From NCBI GenBank assembly GCA_040285825.1, contig JAUPSS010000001.1, positions 1,302,001-1,366,000 of the forward strand: DNA of 64,000 bases, given 5' to 3'. The notes below the pieces were generated by a model. The model did not search any database, was not told the origin of the DNA, and was given only the letters and a program-made list of their open reading frames with translations. A program made the position numbers and the translations under genes. Positions 1-12,690 of this stretch are shown piece after piece. Each line of letters begins with the position of its first letter. Position 1 is the first letter of the stretch. The stretch is from Eukaryota sp. TZLM1-RC. Taxonomy: Eukaryota > Protista > Metamonada: BaSk clade.

Positions 1-493
1 TTGCTTTTATTTGATTTTCCAAAGCCATTTTTATATGTGTATGTATTTGATTATTTGGTTAATGAAATAGTTTATTGTGATGAAGATGCGATTAATCATC
101 TCCAGAACCATTAGCTTGTGTTGTGGTTCTCTCGAATTTATTTGATTATATACATTCATTAAAAATTTGTCCTTTTCCTATTTTTTTTTAAAAAACTTAT
201 TTATTTTCTGTCTTTTTCCTTTTATTTATTTATCTTTAATTATATTATTTTTCTCTTTCTTGATAACTAGAGACAAAGTCTCAATATCTATGAAGATTTT
301 TGAAACATCATTTGTGTTAAAAAGTTATATATCAAAAGATAATGAAACGCATCCCCTCAATTACTTGTATAAAATAATTGCTTCAGTTACCATCAAAAAT
401 CAAACTCAATCTATGATCCTTTATACTAAAATTCCATGTCATTTGATCTATTAAGCATCATTATACAGTCAAAATCACTGATGAGAATGGTTT

Positions 494-937
494 TCAAGAA
501 ATACCAGCTGCTTCTTCAAAAGACTGTTCTTCTAGTTCAGAGTCATATTCTTCAATGATCTTTCCTTTTTGTCCAACACTTAACACCTCTTCATGATCCT
601 CAACAAACCTAACTTCTTGATAGCTAGGTTCCCATAGTTCGACCACTTCCTCTGTAGTTCTACTTGCTGATGCTTTATGGTGTTTTACCTTCCATGGAAA
701 GGCACTCAGTTGACGACATTTAAAGTGAACTGCATCTGTTGTATCTTCTTCACATAAAATCATTTTGTTCAGACGTTCTGGTGCATCTCTCATAGTTTTA
801 GAATACAGTTTGATTTTGATTTTGTCTTCGAGGTGAAATCCTGGCAGTTCTGATGTTACAAATTTACTGGTTTCTTTGATCTTGAAGTCACCTTGATGGT
901 TTGAGTAGAAACGTCCTAGTTGTGGAGAACGAGACAT
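494..937 (-). CDS. hypothetical protein (147 aa, acidic C-terminus)
   Basis: ATG-started ORF with protein-like composition; no recognisable motif. Confidence 0.35.
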   Translation of the reverse strand: MSRSPQLGRFYSNHQGDFKIKETSKFVTSELPGFHLEDKIKIKLYSKTMRDAPERLNKMILCEEDTTDAVHFKCRQLSAFPWKVKHHKASASRTTEEVVELWEPSYQEVRFVEDHEEVLSVGQKGKIIEEYDSELEEQSFEEAAGIS

Positions 938-1503
938 TGTTGAAATAAAAGCTAGTGGAAAACCTGATCAAAAAGGATATCTCTTAATGTCAAACATGTA
1001 AAATGCATTGTTCACACAATGTCTGAGTTGTGTTACGATAGTAATTCCTACCGGTGTAATGTGTGGTTCTTTATGTACAGATAAGTAATAAGTAATCCAA
1101 AAAGAATCAGCTGAAAAGGAGTTGCTTGACATTTCCATCAATTTTGAGTTTGATGAATTTCGATAAAGAGTACAAGAGGATTTGAAGAACACCTAGAGCA
1201 AATCATTTGAAGATTTTGAAAATGAATCAGCAAAAATCATAATGGAACAAGTACAGTAAGTTTGCTGATTGTTCAGTGAATTATTTGACAACACATATCA
1301 TTTCAAGCAGAGGATGGTATAGGAGAAATCTATGAATCTTTTAAAACAATAAGATCAACATCATTATGTGGTCCTTTTGAAGTCACTAATTGATGAACAT
1401 TGATCACCAATAATCATGGAGATATTTGCTTTCACCAGTTTTCTACACAATCTCACTGGTGAAGTTCCGGAATTCAAAACAATTCCAAACAAACCTTGGG
1501 TTG

Positions 1504-3755
1504 ATGGGTCAACGTGCTAGTTCATTATCCAACAAGTCTGTTTCCAGGGCTGATGTATCTTCAGACACACAGCTCATTCCTCAAAATGCATCCTCTTCCC
1601 CTTTTAATTCCCGATCCGGGCCATCAGATTCAGGGGAGATTGGTAAACCCCATACGAACAACATGTCTTCGCAATACAGTGAAACCTCCACTATCTCGCC
1701 TTCGTTGAAGCAACGTTCGGCCGATACACTTCCCGATCGATCGGATCCAGTGGTTGGAGTCAAGTGTATTTCAAGTTGTTATGGCCATACCCTCCTTCTT
1801 ACTTATTCTGGTGAAGTTTATGGTTGGGGCGATAATGATTATGGTCAAGTTTTATATAGTGGACGGGAAGCAATCAAATCACCAATCAAATTACCATTAA
1901 CTAATATCATTTCCATTTCGGCTGGTGTTCACCGCTCCCTTGCCCTCTCATCTAAGGGTAAGTTGTATGGTTGGGGTTGGAATAGGTTTTATCAAATTAA
2001 TAACTCAATCAATGATTCACTACCAATTACATCAATTAAAATTTCCCAGAAAATCAAGGACATTTTTATTGGTACTTCTGTTTCATTTGGATTGACATAA
2101 GAAGGTCAACTTGTTAAATATTCAAAGAATAATTCTTTTCATTTATTTGAAGAATTGAATTCTATTGTTTTCGTTTCAGTTGCTGGTGATTCATTTATCG
2201 CAGTAGATTTTATCGACAATTTTTTCTATTACAGTGGGAGACGTTTCTCCAAGATAACAGTTACTCAGTATTTATCTCCAAGAACACCGTTTAAGGGTTC
2301 TGTTTCATTTGGTCATGATTTATACAACAAGATTTACCTTTTAGTAGTTGATACTAATGGTGATGTTTGGAAATTTGACAAGAATGATAAAGATTCTTTC
2401 AATAACAAACCCATCAAAGTTCCAGGGTTAAGTAATATTGATTTTATTTTTTGTCATAGAGCTATTCAAACTGCTGTTGATTATAATGGTCAAGCTTTTG
2501 CCTGGGGTAATTTAGGAGAATTATCTGATGTTTTTGGTGACCATGGTTATTGTAAAACCATTTGTCTTGAAGCTTTAACTAATGTAGAAGGTATTTCTTT
2601 AGGACATGACTTTCTTTTTGCCTACAACAAAAACACTGTTTGGGCTTGGGGAAGGAACTATAAAGGTCAATTAGGTACAGGTGATTTGATTGATCGACCA
2701 CAGCCTGTCAAAGTATTTGGATCTGAAATACTTGGAAGTTTTCATTATCCAAAACAACCTTTGGATAGAATGTACAATATTTTAATCAAATTAATCTACT
2801 ATGAATATTTAAATAATTTATCTGCTGTGTTTGGTAATCCTTCTTATGTTAAAGCTAGATTTTGCTCCGAATGTGGTATTAGTAAAAGAGTAGCCAAACT
2901 TGCCAAAGACGTTTTTGATTGTTATCCAATTCAAAACACTATGTTTTTAATAGATCCTGGTAAATTCAATTTAAATTTAGATATTTGTGATTTACATTTG
3001 CGCTTGACTGTCGGTTACAAAAATTTCACAGTAATTAATACAAGAATGAGAAAAATTACGGTTCACTTTGATGAAGTTGATTATGATCCACAATTATTAT
3101 CACACTCCCAAATGTTGAAGTTGTTAAGCTTGATGGAAGGTCGTATTTGAACCAAATATTATCTATCAATTTGGCACATTCATCAAATCTCAAATGCTTG
3201 GAGCTTGATTATCCATTTGAAATAGACCAATTACCCACTTCACTAGTGAAGTTAGTGCTGAAACACCGTGACATTGAAGTTGCTGATTTAAGTAATCTTA
3301 CATCATTAAAAGAGTTGGTGGTGCTCGCTAATAGTTTTTCCAATTCTATTTCGTAGGAAAGAATTGTTTTATCTCAATCTATTGCTACTTTCGAAGTACA
3401 TATCCCTACTAAATTGAGATACATGCCCCATCTAGGTGATTCTATTTATATTGGAACACAGCTACTAAACATGAAGAAATTGATAATTCACAAAGGTGTT
3501 CCTACCAATATCACTGAACAAAACTTTCCCTCTTTGAGATTGATTCAATTGATTAAACCTGATAAGGACAGTCTGTCAGATTCTTCCCTATCTCCAACAA
3601 ATCATATTAGTCAAGGTTTAATTAAATCTGTTAAACTAATCAAGAATGAATATGTAGTTGAATTATCTTGTTTTCCATGGTGGATTCAGTGTCCAATTTC
3701 TAAGTATTTGTTTTATTTTTTTCGCGAATATATGGTTGAGGATGAAATAACTTGA
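1504..3755 (+). pseudogene. RCC1/BLIP-II repeat protein with C-terminal LRR-like region, disrupted
   Basis: RCC1 motifs (GHTLLLTYSGEVYGWGDNDYGQ, VWAWGRNYKGQLGTGD) and LRR-like LPTSLVKLVL/LSNLTSLKELVV. In-frame stops at 2098-2100 and 3354-3356 and a frameshift near 3100. The MG start suggests possible myristoylation. Confidence 0.75.
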
Positions 3756-4009
3756 TAGTGATAAATAATGGTAATTATTTAATTTAATGAATAATAAAAG
3801 GAACATCAGCAACAATCATTATGTACACAATTTTTGAGTCGACGCATCCAAGAGCACCCTTCTACTCTACAGCATTTGACCCATTCTTATTGCTTCTATG
3901 AAGAAAAACTTCAAATCAACAATAAAATGTTGGCCCGTATAACTTACCAAAAAGAATGTAACTTACTGTAAGTATAGTCATTTTTTTCGGTAGTTTCGGC
4001 AGATGTGGA

Positions 4010-4640
4010 TGTTGTCTTTTGGTATTGAATCATGAATACTATTCAGACTTACTGAGTCAATTTGGTTGTGTTGAGTTTTGTTTTCAATAAACCTTTTGAT
4101 AGCAGTATATTCCAAGTGTTAATCGAACTCATTGAAAAGGATACAAATAAATTAAAACCTCACGTTCTATGACTCAAAATTGGTAAATGATTCATGGGTA
4201 AATGCTAATAGTGTGTGAAGTGGATAGTTTACAGTTGGGAGTATAGAAATATGAAAAAAAATAAAAAATAAAAAATAAAAAAATCAAATTTATCTGAACC
4301 CCACGACTTAGGGCAACATTGGAAGTATTCAGTGTCACATGATCTCTTTTTATTTAGGGTAGATTCGAGAGAAGTTGATTGTGTAGACTTGTGGTTGATC
4401 ATTAATACTATTCAGACTTACTGATTCAATTTGGTTGTTTTAAGCTTTGTGTACAATAAACCTTTTGATAGCAGTAGTATTCAAAAATTAAACGAAATGA
4501 ATGAAACATAAAAGTTTATATTTTACGTCGTTCAATTAAATACAAATAAATGGTGGATTGGCTTCATTGAATGCCGACAGTGTGTTGATGAAATGGATAG
4601 TTTGAATTTGGCAGTATTCAGTGTTATTTGATCACTCTTC
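4010..4640 (+). repeat. diverged direct duplication of about 250 bp (copies at about 4010-4345 and 4385-4640)
   Basis: Shared blocks tactattcagacttactga.tcaatttggttgt, caataaaccttttgatagcagt, tggatagttt and agtattcagtgt occur in both copies. Confidence 0.7.
4239..4318 (+). mobile_element. degenerate solo/partial LTR (3' end ...cacgacttagggcaaca)
   Basis: 17-nt match to the reverse complement of the LTR end at 52754-52770. Absent from the second copy of the surrounding duplication. Flanked by ttgg on both sides. Confidence 0.55.
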
Positions 4641-4902
4641 TTCTAGTGTACTGTTACATGAGTAACAGTATCCTTTTGCTGCTTTCCAAAAGTGATTTCT
4701 GTGTTTCAACATGTATTTGTCGTTTTCCATTGAAACAAATTTCGAATCTACTCCACGTAACATGTTTTGAAACAAGTGCATAATCATTCACGCTTTGTTC
4801 ACTGATTAGTAAAACCCAGTGAGTGCCATATTATTAGATCTGGGTCAGCAATATATAAGGATTATTGGTAATAGTACTCAATAATTTCGACTATATATAT
4901 TT

Positions 4903-6945
4903 ATATTTTTGTATTTTTTTTCTTTTATTTTTATTCAACAACAAATATGAAATACACAATTAAAACTCCACATCCTCAAAACCTGCCTCCCCTACATCAA
5001 AACAATTAATTGCTAAAGATTCAGAAAATTTCCCAAAAGAAGATAGTGAATCAGAAATTAGTTCTACCGTTCCCTTAAAAATAGAAAATACAATCCTGTT
5101 TTGCCAGTAAACACGATTGAAAATTCTTCCAGTTCTTTCTTTTACAACTACAACAAAATCCTCAAGGAAAGCCATAGCAGCCTTTCCTAGAGATCCAAAC
5201 AAAGAAAAAACAAAGGGACATAAATTATATTGGGCATGAGAATTTTCATTAACCGAGGAAATGGGTTTCGCATATTTAGCAATTTTATATTTTTCGCCTA
5301 CAAGAAGAGGATTATTTACATCCGAGTTAATGAGATGTTCGTTGGAGGAATTACAAGGGTCAATAGACATGGTGTCCACAATAGTAAAACTACCATTTAA
5401 ACCAGGAACAACTAGATCACCTCTTGTCAGACCCATAGAAGCTCTGTTGTAACGCGTATCATCAATATTGGGATCATCAAGAATTAATTTTGATAACAAC
5501 GGCTCTAAAAAGGAATATACTCGATATGATTTGCACATTACATAAATTTGGTCCCTGACGTTATTATGCACTTTGCTTCTAAACGTAATGAAATGTTTAC
5601 AGTTCAAAAGATGAGTAAACAAAAGAGGTTTACCACATTTACAAGTTAAATGATTGGGCAAATTGTTTGGCCACAGAAAACAACGAAAACGCATGTTTAG
5701 AAGCCATTCATTGTTTTTTAACAAAAGTCCATAAACAGAGGGAACTTGAGTTACTAAAGCAGCAGCAGAACTATCACGATTATCCTTTAAAAAATTACCG
5801 AAAGCGGGATTTTTAGTTTTGGCCAAGCCAAGTCTTACTTCATAATCCAAGCCTTCATATAATTTAACTAGATGGTGCTGAAGCTTTTTTAAGCAAAAAC
5901 GTAAATTTGGAAGTGATCCGGTGGGAATTTCTTGAACATTTTGAGGAAAACACTGAATCCAAATATCACTAGGCAAATTATCTAATTCGATTTGAAGTTG
6001 ATTCAATTAAAAATTTGATTCACCATGGATCAGATAAACATCATAAGGAAACCTTTGAAAAAATTCAAAAACAAAATTTTTTCTACCTCCTAAAAAAGCT
6101 GCTTTGCATAAAATCGAAGATTTCGTGAAACCAATTCCACCTAAATCAGCAGAACAAAAAACGTGACTTCGAATTAAAGATTCATTTACCTCCAATAATG
6201 AGGAAAAAAATTTGACCCGAAGTTTGTTGAAGGATCTACAAAAATCAAGAGACACTGAAGGAGGAGTTGACCTTAAAATATGAGTGAATTTTCCAGAATA
6301 ACAAATTTTAAAAATAAATAATTTGATGTGTTTTTCAATATCAAATTCAGCCATATAACTAAGATCCTTGTCAAATTTTTTCAATAAATTGCTGAATTGG
6401 GAATAAATTTCATCCAAATTACCTAACCAACATCCAAGAAACTTGAACGCTTGTTGTTTATAATTAATGAAAGGAATTTGAACATCATAAATCAATAGAG
6501 ATTGTTTTGTTCTTCCAATCAAGAGACATTTTGTGGGATTCAAGGCTAATGCAATATCTTTGTATTTCGCAGCAGTGCCTTCAGAAACCCTACAAATGCT
6601 TTCATAAGAACCAATAATCGAAATGTCATCCATATAAGCAACAATACGTAACTCAGGGAATTCTTTCTGGGTCAATTCAATAGTATTATGAGTAGCCAAA
6701 CAAAAAAGCAATGGACCAACAGGATCACCTTGTTTGACACCAGAAGAAGACTAAAGGGTAAAGGTGTCAAAGATTAAGTCCGACTTTTTTCCATAAAATA
6801 AGTAAAAATAGGCTGAAAGTTCTGGAAATTCTTGAAGAAGGACATCGTAAATGCAATTACGTTTTACTGAATTAAAGGCATTTTTAAAGTCCAAATTGAA
6901 AATATATTGATGTTGCTGACTATTGAAAAAGACATCTGAAGTCAT
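4903..6945 (-). mobile_element. 5'-truncated, decayed non-LTR retrotransposon (CRE-like; RT + CCHC + restriction-like endonuclease)
   Basis: RT motifs LDFKNAFNSV, SSGVKQGDP, AYMDD, GGIG; CKCG...HLLNC...H zinc finger; RGD...EKYKIAKY...PFVFSLFG endonuclease; A-rich 3' tail; internal stops. Confidence 0.85.
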
Positions 6946-7656
6946 TTTTGTATTTTTAAATAGAATTTTCTCATTCTTTGTTCTTGAATATGTTGATAGT
7001 TATTTTTTAAATCCTTTGGAATTGTTTGAAACACCACAATATCAGGTAGAACAGTTTATCATCATTCCAATATTGAATTCTATGGCGTGGGGTGTAAATT
7101 GGCTTTCATTTCAATAAAAGTGTATAAAAGAATTCTTGTAGTTTGGATTCAAACACACACCCGGAAGTCTACATCAAAACAAATTGTAAACGAAGGGTTC
7201 TTCAACACTACTTGTTGAATTATTGATATCTCTCTTGCGAGTTGTAATTAACCACGAGTTTTGTGAATAATTTTTACGTGTCCAGACTGGAAAACAAATT
7301 TCAATGAGTTCTTGTTAAGATCACATTGTACTAGAGAAACTCATGTACCAGGATTAGAGAAACAGGATGTTTAGAACAATACATCAAAGTATAAATAAAT
7401 AAAGTCACACAGCATTGTTTCTTATTGAAAATGAATATTCAAATAATAATAAAAATCAAAACATTCAGTATAATGTGTTCTCTACCACTGGAGTCAGTAG
7501 CTCCGGTGGAAATAAATGAAATATGAAATTTGTTGATTCACAAAAAAAACTATCGATAAAGACAGAATAATTTTTTTTTCTCCCTCCCTTAGTCAACCTT
7601 CTCATATTTCACTTTCTGTCAAGGCGTCAAAGTCTTACTGTTTCTCTGTCAAAACG

Positions 7657-8600
7657 ATGCCATTGGCTGATAGTGACTCTGATACTGATTGGAACTCCCG
7701 AGTAAAGATTCTACCAGTCAGATCAAGCTCATCTTCTTCACTTCTCCACTCTCCCCACAATACAAGCTATGCTCGAAATTCATCTCAAAAAAATTTTCAT
7801 TCAAAAACTGATCATTGTACCAGAAAAAACACAGAAAAACCACCATTACGTTCCTTGCGTTCTGTTGCGCGTTCTATTAACAACTCCGTTTCTCGAAATT
7901 TGTTTTCTCCTGCTGAAACTGGAAAAAGTCAAAAATCTACTTCTACTTTTAACTCACAAATTGACAAATTAGAAATAACTGAAAAAATGAAACCATTGCC
8001 ATTAAAAGGTTCTAAAAAATGTTTGATTTGTGGTATCAGTGGTCATAATTCGAGAACATGTCCTGAAAAACAAAAAAGAGAAATTGAATTAAAATCTGCT
8101 CAACAAATTCTCGAATGTTCTGTTCCAGCTGATGCCGATGTGAAAGGTGCTGAAAATAATGTTTCTGACGATCAACATTTGAATGCTTCTAGTGCTCACT
8201 CTTCTTCCCTTCTGAAAACAATAATTTTTGTTGTCCATTTTGCAAAAAAAATGTTACAGATTCAAGAAATGGTCGAAAACTTCTGTTTTGTACCAATTGA
8301 AAAGCTGCTGATACCGTAAGATCCCCGATCCAGATCCCAGTAGAAATTAGCCCCGCCAGTACAATTCCTTTGATTGATTGTAAAGAGAAGAACTGGCAGA
8401 AATTTCAACAGATTGTTTTGGCAAAATACAATTGTGTTTTCTATTTTTAAGGGGATGTTGAAGATGGTTTCTGATGCTTTGCTTTCTCTTGGATCTCACT
8501 ATGAGATAGTTGCATCTAGTGTTTTTGTTTTGGGAGAAATGGATTTTTTAGATGTTGATTCATAGGTTTTGAATAAAATTAAATTTTTTTAAAAAAAATA
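7657..8600 (+). mobile_element. internally deleted non-LTR element: 5' CCHC zinc-knuckle ORF joined to a CRE-like 3' end
   Basis: CLICGISGHNSRTC knuckle in the 7657-8319 ORF. 8374-8565 (VKRRTGRNFNRLFWQNTIVFSIFKG) matches the C-terminus of the 4960-6006 ORF, followed by AATAAA and an A-tract. Confidence 0.6.
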
Positions 8601-9051
8601 AAGACAGAATAAGAGCAAAAAGGAAAACTATATTTCAAGTTGTGATATTCAGCTTAAGTAAAACCCACAGAACAGCCAATACATCACAACAAATTTTTCA
8701 CAACCATTGAAGAAGATTGTGACTACAACTTTTTTTTCAAAGATTGTACACTATCTCTAATTGTGTTGTGGTTCAATCTCGATCTTATATGATTTATTTT
8801 TTGAGAACACAGCTAATATCAATTATAATTGCAATATTGAAGCACTTCCTAGAATTTTAGATATCAACATTTGATTCATTTGATCACAAAACAAGCATGT
8901 TGTTTAAAAAAAATTTCTGAGTTGATTAGTTGGAAGTCCACGATGTCACTGTACACTTTTGTCACTGTAGACTAGGTCGACTGTAGACCTGTCTACAGTA
9001 TCCCTTAAACTCAGTCTCACGTCTTGTCCTTACCTTTCCCTGTCTCCTATC

Positions 9052-10575
9052 ATGAAGTTACTTTACCTCTTTCTACTGGTTCTGGCACTCGCCTTAGCTC
9101 AAAACAACAACGAGCAAGATGAAGTCTATAAGTCACTCTGTGAACGTGGTCTCTACGAGCGCGATGATACTGTCGACCCTAACTGTGTTGGCCGCGTTGT
9201 TGAACGTTTGCTCCAAGCTATTCCACTTACCTTAGGTGTCGAAAACGATGTGGAAAATGATAACAACAACAACAATAACAACAACAACAACAATAACAAC
9301 AATAACGTAACTCAACCCCAAGAGGAGGTTTCTCAAACCATCTACGCTATTGCTGGCAGCAAGTTTCATCCCCTTCGCACTCATGTCATTATTGAATTAC
9401 CCGAAATGGAAAATGATGAAGAAAACAACAACAATATGACCACTCAACAACAAGAGAACGAAGAAGTTGTTGGCGATCTCATGACCATTATCGATGCTAC
9501 CCAATGGGAAAACATTCCTCCTCAATCTGTACGCGACGTTGCAGGAGCTGTTACTGAAAATCTGGGCGAAAGACATCCTGAGCTCATGGTTGGTAATGGC
9601 TACTTCAATGGAGAACTCCAAGTTGAGAATGAATTGACTGATGAACACGAAGACGTTGCTCAATCCTTACGCCAAACACCCCTCGAAGAACAACAGGGCA
9701 ACCTTGTCTCAGCTATGAACCAGGCTATTGATGAAACTGAATGGGACGAAAATACCCCCAATGTTCTTTTGGTATTTGTTGATCAAGCTCCCAATGCAAA
9801 TGAACAACAAACTAACGAGTTACGTCAAAAATTGGAAGAACAGGATATTTTCCCTATCATTGTTGCTCCTATCGAACGAACAACTGAGTATTCTCGCTTC
9901 TTACGTGATTTAGATAGAGGAATTTACAGGGGAGCTCAGGAAGGAGGAAATGGTGAATTACTAACCAACGAAGTTGAAGCTGTTTTTGAATCACTCCAAG
10001 AACCTGAAGAACCCGTTGAACCAGTCGACCCTGAGGAAGAAGCTTACATCATCACTGTTGAAGTTGAAGAGGCTGAAGGTGTTGTGCTTGAACCAACCAA
10101 GGAAGAAATCAGAGTCATGATCAAGAACAATACCAACAATAACAATAACAATAATAACCAAACCAATGGCCAGAACGACGACAACAATGATCGCCGTGTC
10201 CCAATCTTTTTCCGTGGTTATACTGAAGAATGTAAGCCTCTCCGCTCTTTCTTTGATGAAACTGCTGATCGTGTTAATGTTACCATCACCATTCGTAGAG
10301 AAGAAGTTGAGGAAGAAAACGATAACAACAATAACAACAATAATAACAATAATAATCAAGAAAACCAAGAGCAAAATGGTGAAGAAAAACGAATTGCTTT
10401 CTACTTGCTTCGTTGTCCCTGTCTTTCTATTATGCAAGATCCAGCTTGCGGCTTTTTGTTCCCTGGTTTCAAGCAGCGTCCAGTACAGGTAGAAAATGGT
10501 GAAAATGACAACAATAATAACAATAACAACAATGACAACAATAACAACAATAATGCAACATTCCGCAAGCGTTAG
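9052..10575 (+). CDS. secreted Asn/Glu-rich protein with an integrin-beta-like vWA domain
   Basis: Signal peptide MKLLYLFLLVLALALA; poly-Asn tracts; segment SAMNQAIDETEWDENTPNVLLVFVDQAP...NELRQKLEEQDIFPIIVA resembles the integrin-beta I-like domain; intact ORF followed by AATAAA. Confidence 0.7.
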   Translation: MKLLYLFLLVLALALAQNNNEQDEVYKSLCERGLYERDDTVDPNCVGRVVERLLQAIPLTLGVENDVENDNNNNNNNNNNNNNNNVTQPQEEVSQTIYAIAGSKFHPLRTHVIIELPEMENDEENNNNMTTQQQENEEVVGDLMTIIDATQWENIPPQSVRDVAGAVTENLGERHPELMVGNGYFNGELQVENELTDEHEDVAQSLRQTPLEEQQGNLVSAMNQAIDETEWDENTPNVLLVFVDQAPNANEQQTNELRQKLEEQDIFPIIVAPIERTTEYSRFLRDLDRGIYRGAQEGGNGELLTNEVEAVFESLQEPEEPVEPVDPEEEAYIITVEVEEAEGVVLEPTKEEIRVMIKNNTNNNNNNNNQTNGQNDDNNDRRVPIFFRGYTEECKPLRSFFDETADRVNVTITIRREEVEEENDNNNNNNNNNNNQENQEQNGEEKRIAFYLLRCPCLSIMQDPACGFLFPGFKQRPVQVENGENDNNNNNNNNDNNNNNNATFRKR

Positions 10576-10974
10576 TGTTCACAAGTGTTCTGCTTTCAAA
10601 TAAAAAGTGACTGACTCAATGTTATTTCCTCCAGATCACCATCTAGGGTAGATCAATTTATTGCAGAGTAAAAAAATTAGAACAGAACAAAGATTGAGGT
10701 AACTTATAACAACACATATGTTGTTTGCAACATTATATGTGAATAATTCCAAATAATAATTATTATTAAATAACAAGTGCAATATTGTGTTTCTCTGGAG
10801 CCCAGATAGTCATACAGTTGGTCAACTTCGAAAGCAGTATTACAAAGCAGATTTAATGGTGATTACCCATTGTTTGGAATCAATTTTCAGAGGCAAAGAC
10901 TAAATTCGGAACATGAAATTGTATACTATTTCATTAAAATCACTTCTCCAAAAAGATCCTTCCACAATATTTGA

Positions 10975-11595
10975 GTTCTTCATTACATGATGCTGTTAGA
11001 GACACTGTTTTTAATATGGCACAAACTACAAGGATATCGTGTATCAAAGAGCCCCTGCTGAATTAAACACTTTCTCTGAATAATTTTGGTTCTGATGATA
11101 GAGGTGATGTATACTGTGATTGGATTGATAATTCTGAAGCTATTGTTGACTTTGTCTCATGTAATGTTGCAAATGATACTTTGGTTCACAGAAGAAAACT
11201 TAATCCGGTGGCTGTTCTGGATTTTAAAGCAAAAGAGAAACATAGAAAATATGATAAAGTTATTGAAGAGGCAAATGTCGATAGAAATACACAGCTGGTT
11301 TTTATTGCTTTCCCATTTTCGATAAATGGAAGATTATCATTTGAAGCAGAAACTTTTTTGGATGACTTCCAAAAATGGTGCAAGAAAAAACAATGAAAAA
11401 ATTTGATATTTTTTTATGGCGTTCACGAATTCAATTTGCCATTATTAATAGATTACCACGATTTTTCAATCGAATAAGAGAAGCTTTAGCTAGACAGCAA
11501 GCAGATCAAGATTTTGTAGAGGAAATCTTGGTTCAATGATAGTCGTCCCATTAGTTATGAGTTGATTTAATTAAGTGTGCAAATGCAATAAATAC
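10975..11595 (+). mobile_element. 3' fragment of CRE-like non-LTR element (endonuclease region)
   Basis: Near-identical to 47455-48000 (SSLHDAVRD...DRGDVYCDW...KAKEKHRKY...FPFSINGRLS); ends with AATAAA. Confidence 0.8.
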
Positions 11596-12649
11596 AATTG
11601 ATTGAAAATATTACAACAACCTATCTTCACAGTACTACGAAGGTATACATAGTTCAAATGTAAATAGAATCTATAGAAATATTAATATAAAGGTTGAACA
11701 ATCCTGGATAACTGTCACTAGCACTGGAATTTTGTGAAAATCACAGTTCGAAATTCCATTGTTTTAACCTCCGTTTCATTAGTGAATTTTTGACTGAATT
11801 TGATCAATGAATACACCTATTCTTTGATGTTATCATTAAACATTGATTTCCAGCAACGAATATTGAGAAATATGGAGTCTAAAACAGTGATCAATTTTGA
11901 ATTCATCTTGTCCTCATTTTTGTCATTAAGAATAAAGAAGAAAGTGAAGAGGTTATTGATCTGTAAGTTTCAACAATTGGTGTCTTTGGAGTCATTGGGA
12001 AAATAATTAGATAATCGAATCTGACTTTCTCCTTTTTCCTGCCTCACAAAATTCAAATGATCAATTTCCCTATTACAAGAAATAAAATTGGTTCATTCAA
12101 AAGAATTTTTGAAACTCGAACTCATCCTTATCAAAGGAATCTGGAATAACTCCGAAATTAATAATATAGTAATTATATAATAATATTAATGTAATAACTA
12201 TATTGTTGATCTCCAATTAGATCTTATGAAACTATTAACTAATGAAATTTATTGCAATTTTAGCCATATGCTTAACCAATTGAGACTTTGATTGTTCGAT
12301 TTAATATCATTATAGCATTTGTATATAGTTGAAACTATATTCAATTAACAAGGACAACATATCATACACTAACTTTTCGGAATGTTAGATTACAGAGACC
12401 CTGAAGAAAAGGACTCTGTTTGGCCCAACATTCAGCCTAAAGCCTATGTTAAAAATGAACTAATACACTTTTTAACTATTTTTCAAGATTGAAGAGGAAA
12501 TTAAAAAAAAAGAGAGTTAGAGTTTATGATAACAATACACATTTTGGTTCATGTTCGAGAAATTAATTACACAAATAATGTAAATGTTGAACAGAAATCA
12601 CTTATGGGTTCTATTTGGTAGGGCTCTTTCATAGAGTTCCAGGAGGGTA

Positions 12650-12690
12650 GGGTTCTATTAAGCACGGGTTCTATTAAGCACGGGACGGTA
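12650..12690. repeat. 16-bp tandem repeat (gggttctattaagcac x2) ending ...gggacgg-TA; possible DNA-transposon terminus
   Basis: Exact tandem 12650-12665 and 12666-12681, with a degenerate copy at about 12606. GC-rich island in AT-rich DNA ending in CGG-TA. Confidence 0.4.

Noticed and set aside
167-454. 95-aa Phe/Leu/Ile-rich ORF
   Set aside because: Product of T-rich low-complexity DNA with a non-ATG start
9260-10555. (AAC/AAT)n arrays as non-coding microsatellites or a CRISPR-like array
   Set aside because: They are in-frame poly-Asn tracts of the 9052-10575 CDS, with no repeat-spacer structure
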